Of a stretch of 64,000 nucleotides of DNA, positions 1 to 14,284 are shown piece after piece (within the stretch, counting starts at the first letter, position 1; every line of letters starts with the position of its first letter). The notes under the pieces were generated by a model, which made no database searches, was not told the DNA's origin, and saw nothing but the letters and a program-made list of their open reading frames with translations. Both the position numbers and the translations under genes were made by a program. The DNA comes from Octopus sinensis (Eukaryota), in NCBI RefSeq assembly GCF_006345805.1, contig NC_043004.1, positions 7,564,001-7,628,000 on the forward strand, read 5' to 3'.

Positions 1-1439
1 TAAACACCCAGTAAGTCTATGATGCTCCCACTTATTTCCACCACAAATAACTGCTTTTTATGTCGTGTTTAAAATTTGTTGCTGCCATGTTTAAACCTGT
101 TAATCATTGTTTTTCTCACTTTTATTCAGCTCCCTAATTAACAATTATTAATGAATGCCTAACTTTACCTTCCATATTACTAATTACTTCAGAAAATACC
201 AAATTTCACAGTTCCGGTGAGAGAACTAAAAATCGCACTTCTTGTATCTTCTCCATTATAATTCATGTTTCTTAAGATCTAATTTGTTGCTCGTTAACTC
301 TTGCCATAAGTTTTAACATTGCTGATATCTCACCTTAGTTTTATATTTTACCTGATATTTCAACAGCCGACATGGTTTACCATATCCAAACTTTGCAGTT
401 TATTGAAATGTGGGGCCAATTGAGAAAGTATTGATACATTTTTATAACTTTTTATTACTTGAGACTAACCTAAATCACTAAAACTCATTAACTATATTTC
501 CTGAGTAAACTGGGTTTTTTTTAAACTCCTCATCAAAAACAGGAGAATCGCTCTGACTATTTTTCTGCAAAAGAAAAAAAAAATATTGTTTGCTCTGAAA
601 TTTAATTTTTAAATCTTTATTTATTGTTTCTTCTGTTATATTAATTTATTCACTAATGACTTGGAAAAATTAACATAATTTTCTTTTATGTAGATTTAGA
701 AATTACTTTAGAACCAAGTCCTTCTCTCTCACTGTTTTCCTTTGTCAGCCAAGTACTGCCTTAGAATTTGCCATTGTTCACACAGTGCCTATATATGTTG
801 ATAGAAATTTGTTGGCCTTCATTTTACACACACAGTCGATAGCTGTTGACAAACATTAAAATTTGACTTTGTCATGCAATTTCTGTAAACCAGAGAATTT
901 TTTTAAACAGGAAAATAGCTTTTATCTTTGCCTGACTTCAAGTTCAGAACGAAGACTGATTGATGAGAGGAAATCACTAACAAAGGGACCAATTCTCATT
1001 TAATATCTTCTATCATTGTGCCTTTTTCTCTCTTTTTTTTTTTTTTTAATATTTTAAAATATTACCATGACATGAAAAGGTCCAAATTCCGTTTCCCTTT
1101 GCTGCTTGCAATGGAACCTATGACTATTTATTGCTGCTTTTTATTAACCAAGAATGAGTTTGTATCAATTTATATTATTTTGCCCTCATTATTTCTTTTT
1201 AAACTAATAACAACACAACTTGGCTTTTTAGCCATATAACTAACCAAGAGGCCAGCAATTCGTGTTGTCTCTGATATTGCATTGTATCTGGACCAATCTG
1301 TTGTAGAGAGATGTAAATAGGTAGGAGCACTGTATAATTGACAAGTGTTTCAATAGCTTTTTAGCTAAGTTCAACTCTAATAGTTTGGGTCCCATTGGTC
1401 TAGAAATCAGTGAAACTGATCACTCCTAGATGGATACTT

Positions 1440-1790
1440 CTGGTCATCTGTCCATTTTCTCTGCCCACTTTTTCCTGGGAGAGCGATGGTGGTAGAGTCC
1501 TCAGGTGCCTCCTCCCGTCGTTAAACTTTCCGGTTGATTCCCAAGCATAACCGAGATTATGGATATTATCCAGCCATCTCATTCTTGGTCGACCCCTAAG
1601 TCTCCTCCTCCCAGTTGGCTTGGCTTCAAGAATCCACCATGTGATTCTTTCCTCAGACATTCTAACCACACATGCCCACTGTACCAGAAGTTGTCACCTT
1701 CTCAACCTTGAAAAGTTGACTGAATGTGATTTGCTTCTCTTTAACCATAGATGTCTCCTAGAATCAGTTTTGCATTCTTTATTATCATTA
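1440..1790 (-). mobile_element. LINE (RTE-like) RT C-terminal remnant
   Basis: HVVRMSEERITWWILEAKPTGRRRLRGRPRMRWLDNI. Confidence 0.7.
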
Positions 1791-4700
1791 ATCTGTCATT
1801 TTTGTCATATTCTGATTAAGAAAATAAGTTTTCACTGAAATAATTTGACTTCTAAAAGAACAAGATGAACATTTTTTTTATTGGCATAATTAATGTTCTT
1901 CTGATTAACAAAACAGTTAATCCCTGTTTCTTGAGGTTAATGAAGTCAGTGTTGTCTCTCCTCCTTAAATTAGTTCCCTGTATCCATTCCTACAACACAC
2001 AAGCCGAATGTCCCTCTACAGCTCCCTTACTTAACCAAATAAACCGAACCCCCCCCCCCTCCACTGTAATTCTCTGTATCCATTCATAATTAAGATTCCC
2101 AAACTCAGGTGATTCAAAGTCAACCTACGCTTTGCAGTGGATTTCCCCAAGTGAGGTGACCAGGCTGGTTTTGAATCACTTTTGTTTTCTAAGTCGAATT
2201 AGAAACCAAACTAATTGCCGTTGCATTTAGCTTTCTGAAAGGTGAAATTTTCGAAAGTTTAACATTTGTTTTTTTCTTTTTTATTAACCATTTAAAAAAA
2301 AAACTTTAATAATAATTCTCTCTTTTAAAGTGAAAATTAATCAGGTATTTCAGATAACTGTAGATTAAAAATAGCAATGGCATTAGAACGAAACTGTAAA
2401 ATCCACTTGGGAGGAAGTTTCTTTTAGTGGCAGACGAAAGTAAGAAAATTTTCATTGCTGGGATAGAGTTGTTAGGGGTTCAAATAGCACTCCCATCATT
2501 TCAGTGTTGGTAAACATAAGCAGCATTATATGGGAGGAGGGGTTGATTGCTCAAGGCGGAAGTAAAGGTATTGAGTACATTCTGTCCCCAGCCATTGTGT
2601 GTGTGTGATGTATATGATGTTAGCACGAGTCCAGTGGTCTGTCTTTACAGATGATTGGATGCTATTCTACGGACAAAAACTTTCCCAAACCCCATTGACA
2701 ACATGTTTTGGGAACAGTTATAGATTTAGGGGTTGGCTAAGCTAAATTGATTTGCTTTACTCAGCTGTTTTAAAAGAATGGAGTTTAGAATTGTGGCAGG
2801 TCTGGGTAGGAATTACATGAAGGGGACGATATAGAGACAAAAATGAAGAGAATTTAGTTTTAATATAAAGTAACTAATCTTTGTCATTAACTTGAAACAC
2901 AAACAGTAATTATAGAATTTTTGGGGGCCATGGTTAAATTCTGAACATAATACAAAAGTTATTGGATGGAGAGGAGGAAATGTGTGGATTTTTCATTTTA
3001 ATACAAGTGGCTTTATTTGAGAATTACACAAAGATTATGGGTCACCATTGGTTGGATTTCATATGCAACCAATGACAACTGAAAAACTGGGATGCGTTCT
3101 GTTACTTGTCCAGATACACTATTTGGCCATGTTGCTCATCACTGGGGATCTGGTTTGTGTTGGTCAACCACATGCTCATGGCAGGTGAGGGAACTGGAGA
3201 TGGGACTCTGGTTGATGGGTCACTTGGGTGGACCCAGGAATAAACCAACAAATGATGAATGGCAACAGTGCATGTCATGACTTGAGTGAAAGTTTCAGAC
3301 TTTAATAACAATAATTTCTTGTACAGTTTGTAAAATATTTTGGATGGGTCTGATTAATTTTCTATAAAAAATGTAGAAGAGGAAACTGCATGTGTGTGAT
3401 AACAAGCTTTAATCTTCTTTAATACAAAGCAGGTCTTGTTTGATTTGATGTGGTATTTAAATTAGCCAACAGAAACAGTGAAATAATCTCATATTTAATT
3501 TTTAATCCAACTGACCTGAACGTTGCATTTTTTTGGTAACTCCAAGAATCAGAGCTGAAGCTTCAAACTGTCTTCATTCATTTATCTGGTGCTATATCAT
3601 CATCATCATTTCATGTATCAAGTTTTTCCATGCAGGCATGGATTAAACAGGCTGGGTGATCTTTTTTTATCACCAATCACTTCGCAGTGTAGGCTGGGTG
3701 TATTATTTTATTGACTCAACAGCAGTATTAGACTAGTGAGTTTCGTTCTACCCAGGACTAGAGTCTCTCCCCCCTCCTCTATCATGTGTGAGTATTTATT
3801 CAGAGTTACTACTTCAAGCTCCCTTCACATCTGCAAGCAATTAGAATTGCATCCTTCTCGCTAACCGTTGGGTTTGTTCAGAGAGCACAACTTTGTAGAT
3901 GTGTCACTTCACTACATCTGATAACATATGTTTCTCTGTAATGTAAAGGAAGGAAGGAGTTTTGCTAGCAAGGGAGAGTTCACAGTGTCAGTCTAAGAAT
4001 GCTGAGATTAATGTTTGTTTCCAACAACGTAGAGGGTGGGTGCTTAGTTACCAAGGGGGGCCCACAATAGTTGTGTTAAGGTGGATGGGCATTAAAGACT
4101 CTATGGCTTTTGACAACCTAATTTATCATATTGGAGAGAAAGTAGGCGGGCAGAAATACCAACCAGACGCTGTACATAAATTTCAATCATTTTTATATCA
4201 TAAACATTGATGTTTGTGTCATCTCTTGTGAATATAGTTCGCTAAAGGAGAAGATGTTTTTATAAATCTCTAATTTTGTGCAGCAAAATATAAAGCAAGT
4301 TTTTATAGATGTGAGCGTGACAGGAATTCTCACAAATGATTAACAGATAAACCTGGGCAGTAAAAATGGCATGAGCCGACTGCTTCGAGAGTTTGGTTCT
4401 CATAGCTCATCGCTGTGGCCCAAAACATTTCTTACGGATTCACCTCATTTAGCTTTAAATAAGAAATACAAACACTGAAGAATTGGTGAGGGTTTCCTTA
4501 TCTTGCATGTTTAACTATATCCAATGATACTGAGTTCAAATCCCACCAAGGGTTGTCTTTATCTTACATCCTTATAACACTCAGTCAAATACCAGGACTG
4601 TTTCTCTCTTGGAATCCATTTAATTGAAGGCATCAAAAATGGAATATTCACTGTGAACTCACTCAAATTGGCCAAAAAGCAATCAGCAAAAACTCACCTT

Positions 4701-5302
4701 GTGCATCTTTTTGGGGAAGTCACTTGGCTATAAATAAAGTCTATAAAATAATTGAGGAATCATCTAGGCTTACTACCATTATTTAAATAAGCACCATTTA
4801 CAGATACAATCAGTGGATTCTTACTTTCTTTGAGGATCTTTAAATAAGAAGAAATATTGATGATAATTATTTCATGAAAGTATTTGAAAAAAAAAAAAGG
4901 TAACTTGTTAGAAATGGAAATGGTTTTTAGTTTAATCTGTTTTGATTCTTGAAGAAAGTGTGTGAAAATTAAGCAGATATGTGCATTTTTAGCAAATTTA
5001 ACGTGTATATAACTTTGTTTTTGTTTTGTTTTTATTTCTTACTCCTCTCTTTCATATTACTGCTGCTTATTTTATCAATCCCAATGGAATGCTAAGTCAA
5101 CAAGATTTAAAATTGAGGAATTTACTGCACTAACACTTAGCTAGCCACAACCATTCTCTGTAGACAATTATTTATTTGGATGCGTATGTTTTTGTTTCAA
5201 TTCTGATGATTTAATTAAAAAGGGTAAATAATGGCATTCAAACAATGTCATAGATACTACATTTTTCCAACAGAGAAATAATATCCCCCCCTTCTACACA
5301 CC

Positions 5303-5334
<32 letters not shown>

Positions 5335-6105
5335 TTGTATATATTTGACTTTCTTTTGTATATTTAACATTTGTATATAGATGACTACAAATCCGTTTGA
5401 TTATATTGCTTTTTTTAAAACAATTTGTTATAAAAAAATATTTTAAAATGTTTTTTATGTTAATCTGATATTATGTAGTTTTTTTTTCTTTGCCCTGTTA
5501 ATTGCATTTTATGGCTTCATTAAACATTTTGTTCTATCAAATGTATCCATGGTACCATTAGCCAGCTCAAAGCTGTTTTTGTATTTGTAGCCATTTTACT
5601 ATTGATAGCTTCTTAAAAATCTTCATCGTGCTTTTATTGCCATTATTAGAGCAGAAAGATGGTAGAAATTGGAGAAAAGTCAGCTTAAATACCTTTGAGG
5701 TGTTTAGTTTTATCTCTCTATATTTTATCTTCAATTCCTACAAAAGGCGACTTTACTGTTCGTCCTGGTGGCTGTTGATTTAAGTTCCAATAAATAAAAA
5801 TCAATTAAATCAACAACACCCGCCTCTGCCTATGTTAAATATCATCATTATTATTTTCTGAATAAAAACTATTTCTCTATAACATTGACAACTAAATGCC
5901 TTTTGTTGTATTTCTTTCCATTTTAATTCAATATTTCCTTTCTTTAAGCAGTAAAACATCTTCAACAAAATGTTCTAACGACTGGAAATAAATGTAAAAA
6001 TTTCATTCTGACCTTTCAACACAAACATCTCCAAGACATCCTCACCAGACTACTTTACCTGCATACATTATTCCTTGATGGTAATTAAATCTTAAATATA
6101 AAAAT

Positions 6106-6269
6106 ATATTCTGTTGTGTCTGGGGAGAGTCATTTTCTTTTTGTGCCTTATAATGTAACACACTCACCGGTAAAATAAAAATAAGAAAAAAAGTGGAAAT
6201 TTTACCGGTGAGTGTGTAACATAATAAGGCACAAAAAGAGAATGACTCTCCCCAGACACAACAGAATAT
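6106..6269. repeat. Near-perfect palindrome, about 70-bp arms and 25-bp spacer
   Basis: ATATTCTGTTGTGTCTGGGGAGAGTCATT...CACTCACCGGTAAAAT and its reverse complement at 6199-6269. Confidence 0.85.
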
Positions 6270-7592
6270 GCTTCAACACACGAACTCATACAAAGAATCT
6301 TGCAATCCAAAAACGAACTAAAAATATATAATTTTTTTTCTTTATAATCTTCCCATCTGGGTTACACAAAGATTCTTTTGTGTATCGGTTACCAAATCTT
6401 ATACTACAGATCATCTGTTCTCGATAATGATGAGACACACAGACAGAGGTGGGCGACAGTAGATCTACAGTTGCTTGTGGCTCAAGCAGAAATCAAAAGA
6501 GACGGTTTCCAATGAAGTGAGCATCTCCCACAGATCCTTTCACTTCTGAATCACTTAAAAAAGAGAAATGAAAGGAACAGTCCACTCACAGTAATCAACT
6601 CTATGCCTACCATTGTTCACCTTTGTGTGTGTATAATGACCTAGAGAATATGGTTGATTCTAAAGCTGAATGTATCCGTCGCCATTTTATGGCTGTCAGG
6701 CTTGTCTTGATGCTTGATCAGTTGGCATTAAGTGGATCAACAGCATTATAGCGACAACTTAGGTGATAGTGCACCCACAACCACGTTATTCAATGTGTCC
6801 TTCCTCTTTTTAATAAAGAAGCATATGATTAGAGGAAGATTTGGCTACTATTTCTAATAGTACAACATACTGCCATATCCTGCTGAAAACACTGGCTTTC
6901 ATTTAGTCACCAAAGATGAGCAATATTGAGCCTTGTTAGAACTTAGATGAGTAACAAAGAAACCATTGGCACTGGAATTGACGAAAGTATTTTACTAAAT
7001 TCTTCGTTATTTTAAAAATTAATTGAAACAAAGACAGCATGTATCAGCATCCTTCAATTTATCAATAATTGGATGGGGAAGAATGACAGCCTGAGGTAGC
7101 TAACAGATCCCTAAAGCTTCACACACCTTTAGACATTGGCTGTTGGTCTTTGCAGAGACTGACAACACATTTAGTTGCCAAAGGAAGTCATGTTACATAA
7201 ATTTGTCACAAAGAACTGACCACAGAATCAGTTGAAATTTTATTCTTCAAAAGCATCCCTGGTTGAATTAGAGACAAAAAATATATTGTAACTCATGACT
7301 TAGGATATCTTCTACCTGTATATGATTACAGGTAAGCAAACTACAAGCCTTGATTTTAGCTGTAAATGAAGAGGTTCATGATAGATTCTGTCACGAAATA
7401 ATTATGAATCCTCTGAATGCTGTTCATGGAGAAAATCGTGCAACAGAATCTACCAAAGTGGTAAGATAAGAATTTTTAAAAACAAACAATTCAGGCCTCG
7501 TGTGTGGCTGTGCTCATCAAAGACATTTCTGCAAAATGTTTCCGTGACATAATCAACAAAACCACTTCGTTCAAGTGTTAAAAAAAACACAC

Positions 7593-7683
7593 CTTTCGAA
7601 GGTCTTTTACATGCTTGAAAGGACAAGTCTGCACTTGATGGAACTTCTCTAAAACGGTCTGTGGACACTGAGAGATGTGGAAC
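7593..7683 (-). CDS. Candidate internal exon (91 nt) of an unidentified gene
   Basis: CCTTCCTCTTTTAG acceptor, AAG|GTGTGT donor, two open frames; neighbouring candidates 6590-6640 and 4698-4727 have GTGAGT donors. Confidence 0.35.
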
Positions 7684-8004
7684 CTAAAAGAGGAAGGTTG
7701 TAATATCAATGATTTCAGCTAAATTAACGACGACCAAACGAATATTGGAGACGTTTATGCTTTATGATAACTTTATAATTATTGTCAATCAAGAAATATT
7801 GTGAAATTGACAATCCCATAGCCATCTGAATGTTATCAGGGCCAGCAGTCAAGCATTACAGAGACTGTTCCAGTTGAATGAATAAAATTGTTAGAAATTG
7901 TTTTGGTCTCCTGAATTCTAATTACAGTTAAACCCAATCAAATGTTCTGCAGACATTGTGCTCTGCCATTTTATTCATTAACGATCCGTTCAAAGGCAAA
8001 ATGA

Positions 8005-8400
8005 CTTATTCTTTTATTTGTGTAAGTCATTTGACTGCGGCCATGCTGGAGCACTGCCTTTAGTCGAGCAAATTGACCCCAGGACATATTCTTTGTAATC
8101 CTAGTACTTATTCTATTTGTCCCTTTTGCCAAACTACTAAGTTACAGGGACGTAAACACACCAGCAACAGTTGTCAAGCGATGTTGGAGGGACAAACACA
8201 GACACAAATGCATACACACACACATATATATATATATATACACGACGGGCTTCTTTCAGTTTCCGTCTACCAAATCCACTCTTAAGTCTTTGGTTGGCCT
8301 GAGGCTATAGTAGAAGACATTTGACCAATGTGCCACATTGTGGGACTGAACCTGGAACCATGTGGTTGATAAGCAAGCTACTTACCACACAGCCACACCT
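8005..8400 (-). mobile_element. tRNA-derived SINE (same family as 22186)
   Basis: Reverse complement of the same head, body and tail; the adjacent copy at 8645-9000 is on the + strand. Confidence 0.8.
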
Positions 8401-8644
8401 GCACCTCTATATTTAAAAGAAATATATATTTGTACATTAATCTCATGATTCACCTAATTAATCATTCACATTCTTCTAATGAAAATGGTTGGATTTCTCC
8501 CAGATTTTGCAACTGCTGTGAAAATTCCTTTGTAAGTAGCTAATCTTAACAGTCCTGGCAGCAGAACTTTCAGTGAATTAATTAAAACCTGGTTTTAAAT
8601 GATTTTGACTCTTGGATTATTCTTAATTCAATCTAAATTTTTAC

Positions 8645-9000
8645 AACAGTAGCTTGCTTACTAACCACATGGTTCCAGGTTCAGTCCCACTGCATGGCAC
8701 GTTGAGCAGGTATCTTCTATTATAGCCTCGGGCTGACCAAAGCCTTGAGAGAGGATTTGGTAGATGGAAACTGGAAGAAGCCCATCGTATAATATATATA
8801 TATATATATATATGCATGTGTGTTTGTCCCCACACCATCGCTTGACAACTGATGCTGGTTTACGTCCCGAAAACCTAGCAGTTCAGTAAAAGAGACCAAT
8901 AGAATAAGTACTAGGCTTACAAAGAATAAGTCCTGGGGTCAATTTGTTCGACTAAAGGTGGCGCTCCAGCATGGCCACAATCAAATGACTGAAACAAGAA
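8645..9000 (+). mobile_element. tRNA-derived SINE (same family as 22186)
   Basis: AGTAGCTTGCTTAC...GGTTCAGTCCCACTG head and shared body and tail. Confidence 0.8.
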
Positions 9001-9863
9001 TAATCATCCAAATTGTCATTTAATTGAAGACAAAGACCAAAATAAATGGCAGGAATTAACTCTGCTAGAAACGGTTATTGGCAGAAATGTCTAAGCATGT
9101 ATGGAGATTCTTTTTGCTTTGTGGTTGAAATCCTATCAAGATCAACTTTGCCTTTCATCCTTTCACAGTCAATAAAGGACCAGTGGTATACTGGCGTTGA
9201 AATAACTGACTAAAACCCCCTACCCTTAAAATCGCTGACCTTCTAACCCCATTCCCACAGACTTCAACCTAATCCTTGTCATCCTCATTTCTTTGCAATA
9301 CAAAACAAAAGTCGAGTGTTTGGTGGCAAAAAGGTAGGAAGTGATATTTACCATCAACAAAGACCTTTTCAGTTATCATTTTCGACCATTCTTCTTTGCA
9401 GAAGCTGGTTTGCAGTCTTCACTTTCCCTGCAGAACTTTCTCTTCGCATGCTCCACCCTCTCCGCCACTGCATCAGCTAATATTCTTCGTTACTAAGTGT
9501 CTCTGCATTCAGACCCAGGGGGGTAATTGATGGGTCTGTGTCTCATTGTTCCCACCTTTGCACAATCCACTCACCTTTATTTGCCAACTCTTAAGTTTGT
9601 AAGACTAGGGAGCATGTCATAGACGAAGAGAAAGAAAGAACTGGTTCTAGCTGGATCCCATCCTACCTTTCACCTCACCACAATCTCCCTTGCAAGCGGG
9701 ACGCTGTCCTTCGTGGCTACATTGTACCCATTCCATTTAGTGGCTTTTTGCTTCTTTCTTTAGACCTGGTTACCTCCTGTAGTCTTTTCCCCCCCTTTTT
9801 TTTGTTCATAGAATGGGGAAATAGTTTACATTCATTGTTTCCAAGGCTTTCCCAAATGATCCA

Positions 9864-11660
9864 CATCATCATCATCATCGTTTAACATCCATTTTCCATA
9901 CTGGCATCGGTTGGACGGGTTGACTGAGGTCTGGACAGCCAGCGGCTGCACCAGGCTCCAATCTGATCTTGCAATGTTTCTACAGATGGATGCCCTTCCT
10001 AACACCAACCACTCAGAGTGTAGTGGGTTTTTTTACGTGCCACCAGTATAGGAGCCAGTCAAGGTGTACTGGCATCGGTTACGTTCAGATGGTGCTTTTT
10101 ATGTGCCACTGGCACAAGAGCCAGTCAGGGGGTACTGGCATCGGTTACGTTCAGATGGTGCTTTTTATGTGCCACTGGCACAGGAGCCAGTCAGAGGCAC
10201 TGGCCACAGCTACGATATTGGTTTTACTTGATTCAACAGGTCTTCTCAAGCATATCATATCGCATGGCACATCAGGGGTACTCTTAACTGGGTCAGATGT
10301 GTAGCTGTGACCTCACTTTAGTTGCCAGGTCTTCTCAGTCATAGCATATCTCCAAAGATATCGGTCTTCTGTCATTGCCTCTGTGAGGCCCAATGTTTGA
10401 AGGTCATGCTTTACCACCTCATCCCATTTCTTCCTGGGTCTACTTCTTCCACAAGGTTCCTTCCACAGTTAGGGAGTGGCACTTCACACAACTGTCCTCA
10501 TCCATACGTAACACATAACCATACCAGCGTTGTCTCTCTTTTGTACACCACATTTGATACTTCTTATGCCCAACTTTTCTCTCAGGGTGCTTACACACTG
10601 TCGTGTATGCACACTGACATTACACATCCAGCGGGTCATACTAGCTTCATTTCTTTCAAGCCTATGAATGTTTTCAGCAGTCATGGCCCATGTTTCACTG
10701 CCGTGTAGCATGGCAGTTCACACACATGTATCACACAGCCTACCTTTCACCCTGAGTGAGAGGCCCTTAGTTGCAAGCAGAGGTAGGAGCTCCCTGAACT
10801 TTGCCCATCTATTATTCTAGCCGCTACGCTCTCAGAACATCCACCCCCATTACAGACTTGGTCAACTAGGTAACAGAAGCTATTAACTACTTCTATTTTT
10901 TCACCCTGGCATGTGATGGAATCTGTTTTCTGTACATCTTCAGTGTTTATTGCCCTTGTGAATTTGGCGCACACAAAAACTATTTCCCAGTTAATCTTCC
11001 TTTGATATTGCTGCACCTTTTATGTGTCCATTGTATGGAGTTTCTACCCAAGTCTTTTCTACAGATCGAGCAGCGTCATCTGCCTGGAGGGGATTATGGT
11101 TTAACAACCTTCCTACTTCATAGGACTTTGGTTTTTGCTAAGTTGACCCTAAGGCCCTTCGATTCTAGACCTTGCTTCCACACCCTAAACTTCATCTCTA
11201 GTTTCTGCCAGTGATTCGGCTAGTAGGGCAAGGTCATCAGCATAGAGGTGCTCCCAAGAGCAGCCCGTCTTGAATTTCTCTGTCATTGCCTGGAGGACTA
11301 TGATAAATAGGAGGGGGCTGAGGACTGATCCTTGGTGAGCCCCTACTTCTACTCGGAATTCTTCACTATACTCGTTGCCAACCCTCACCTTACTGACAGC
11401 ACCCCTGTATAGAGCTTGTACAGCTCTCCCCAACCACTCGTCTATCCCCAGTTTCCACATTGACAACTAGATAAGGGATCAGGGGACCCTGTCAAAAGCT
11501 TTCTCCAAGTCAACAAAAGCCAAGTACAGAGGTTTATCTTTGGCTAGATATTTCTCCTGCAGTTGCCTTACCAGAAATATAACATCAGTGGTGCTTCTAC
11601 CTGGCACAAAACCAAACTGCATCTCATCGAGGCTAAATCTCTCCCTAATTAGTTGGGCTC
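9864..11660 (-). mobile_element. 5'-truncated RTE-clade LINE with decayed reverse transcriptase
   Basis: QFGFVPGRSTTDVIF, AFVDLEKAFDRVP, HQGSVLSPLLF, LYADDLAL and MLHGSETW motifs across frameshifted ORFs; 3' UTR ends in a (GAT)n tail at 9864. Confidence 0.9.
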
Positions 11661-12170
11661 CCCAGAGAGATACTAGAGACATGTCTCATTGTCTCAGAGA
11701 CCATCTGCTTTCTTTGGGTCTTCATCACTGGAGGAGAAAAATGGATGGTGTAATCATTTGAATGGTATTATCCACAACTCCAACGCATCTGCACAGTTCC
11801 ACAATCGATGGGATCAATCTCCCCAGTGGACCCTTATTCCTTTTCAAAAGATGCACATTGAAGGATCCATTGTAATCGGAAGCTTCCTCGCTTCATGACA
11901 TCTGTTTCTCTGTCAATAACCTTTTCCTATGATCTGTCACCCATTCAAGCAGTCTCTCAAGGATTCCTCCTACACATTAATAACAAACCTTACAAAATAT
12001 TTCTGATATCCTTGAAATAATCTTTTAATCCTCTACATCCTAGAACTGATAGGTTTCATAAACTTGCAGTGTTAAACTATAATCCTCCACATTATGACAA
12101 ACTACTTCAATTTTTGGGAGTAAAGATTGTTTGCCAACATAACAAGGCAGTCCTGGTTTAGGATGAATGC

Positions 12171-12607
12171 TGCTGTAATTTAGCCCCATGATACATCATC
12201 TCCAGCTCGCTAAGCGACACTATCTGTGTCCTTATATTTTCGAGCAAGGGAATCTAGCACCCCCACTCACCTCAAAACAATATGTGTATCACGATTTCTG
12301 GGCTATTTCCCTTCATTTATGCTAACTCTCTCCCTTGTGAGAGTAAAAAGTAGTAATTTTCTAATTTATAGATCAGTGACCAGTTGTCACTTTGAAAACT
12401 ATATATTTTGAACAGGAATTTGGCAGTGCCACCTCTAGCTGAACGATTATTCTGAGCTGATGAAGGGAAATAACCTGGAAATCGCAATACACAGATATTG
12501 TTTTGAGCTGAGTGGAGGTGCTAGATTCCCTTGTTCGAAAATATAAGAACATAGATTGTGTCGTATAGCCAGCTGGAGACGATGTCTCCTGGGGCTAAAT
12601 TACAGCA
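12171..12607. mobile_element. PLE-type inverted repeat; hammerhead-like motif in the right arm (12452-12494)
   Basis: Arms 12171-12316 and 12460-12607 are reverse complements; ctgag-CTGATGA-a-ggg[aaataa]cct-g-GAAA-tcgcaa-TA-cacag. Confidence 0.65.
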
Positions 12608-14284
12608 AGGACGTTAAGAAGGGCATCCAGCTGTAGAAACACTGCCAAATCAGACTAGAGCCTGGTGCAGCCTCCATGGCTTACCAGAGCCCGGTCGAAC
12701 CATCCAACCCATGCTAGCATGGAAAACAGACGTTAAATGATAATGATGATGGAATCATTGGCCTGTCTTTTGGCTTCTTTACAATGGCAGATCAATTTTT
12801 TGGTTTCTATGAGAAGAGGTTTGCCAGCCCTTTCCACAACAGCTTCCTTTTGACTAGAGAAAGAGAACCCTAGCACAGCTGATTTGAAGGGTCACAGTGA
12901 AGAACCCAGTACCTGGCTGGTATTTTTCATTCATTAACCCAGGGAGGACGAAATGCTTAAGTCAACCATGCTGGGATTTGAACTGAAACTGCAGAGACCC
13001 AAAACAAAAACTGGCAAATGGCCACCTTCATAGTCCACATTGCAGTTAAATGTTGAATTTTCAAAATTGAGTTTCCTCTTAAAGCTATAAAAAATACTTC
13101 AGTCCTGTTCATTTTTTTCTTTACAATGATGATGATAAATAACTTTCTAAACGTACACATCACAACAGACTCAACCATATTCCAGGCTTACAATCCTACT
13201 TGCCTCCTGACTACTCTCTTCAGTTGCAATGGTTGAGGACTTCTTCACTGATACTCACACACAGAACTTGTCTCCATTGAGCCATAAACCAAACTGGAAT
13301 TCTCTTCCTGCGGCTGTTAACAACCACAGAGATTGGCCATGCCACAACAGGCAATGGAACCTGGTGTGGATCCCAGCCTTGCCAGCTCCTGTGAAACCGT
13401 CCAACTCATGCCAGCATGGAAACGGACATTAAATGATGATGATGATGTACTGGTCTGAGAGGGTCACAAATACAGCCCCTCCCCACAAACCAACTAATAA
13501 AAAGAAATCAAATCCCTATCAACTGATTATCACACTGTGGACCCTCTTCTACAGCATGGCTTCTGAGAAAAACCAAGCCAAATAGCCAGCCTCTACATTG
13601 TCACTCAACTAGAAATAACAACCAAATCTCCCTTAAATCACACCATCTTAAAAAGTGGGACGTTGGAGTATGAAGTCCAAGATTGATATGCCTGAATAAT
13701 AGAGAAACGGTCTTTTGTCAGAGATCTGAGTCTAGAACTGGTCAAGTACCAAACAACAACAAACCACTCCAACTGGAAACTACTTTGAAGCCCTAACCTT
13801 GTCAATGACAAATTCATCATTTTTGCTTAATTTTTTGTCTTTAGAATTGTGTTTCTTTGAATCTCTTCCCTGTTCACTAACTCTAAGAATTAGCGATGCT
13901 CATCACAGCCATCCACATTTAGGTTTAAAAATCCATGCAACACTTTCATCATCATCATCATTTAGCATCTGTTTTCCTAGCTGGTATGAGTTGAACAGTT
14001 CAACAGGAGTTGGCAAGGCTGGAGAGCTGCCCAGGCTCCAGCTGTCTGATTTGACATGGTTTCTACAGCTGGATGCCCTTCCTAATGCCAACCACTTTAC
14101 AGAGTGTAGTGGATGCTTTTTAGATGACACCGATACCCGCAAGCCCACAAGACAAGAATCTTTCAGCTGAGAGAAGGATGCAAAGGACATGGCTGTATGC
14201 ATGGACAGCCAGAATTTTACTTGGCTTGACATCAAATGTAATGTTTATTTATTCACATTGTTTTGAATTAATTAAGGTTATCGA

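Noticed and set aside
2109-2179. Hairpin closed by GTGATTCAAA/TTTGAATCAC
   Set aside because: Only 10 bp plus 7 bp of pairing with a large bulge; not enough for a miRNA or SECIS call.
7360-8531. Plus-strand exon candidates (7360-7460, 8504-8531)
   Set aside because: Short open frames expected by chance; one implied intron would be only 28 nt; no recognisable product.
12783-12853. Exon-like QKEAVVERAGKPLLIETKK resembling an ADH/MDR N-terminus
   Set aside because: Weak donor and no further MDR-family exons in the window.
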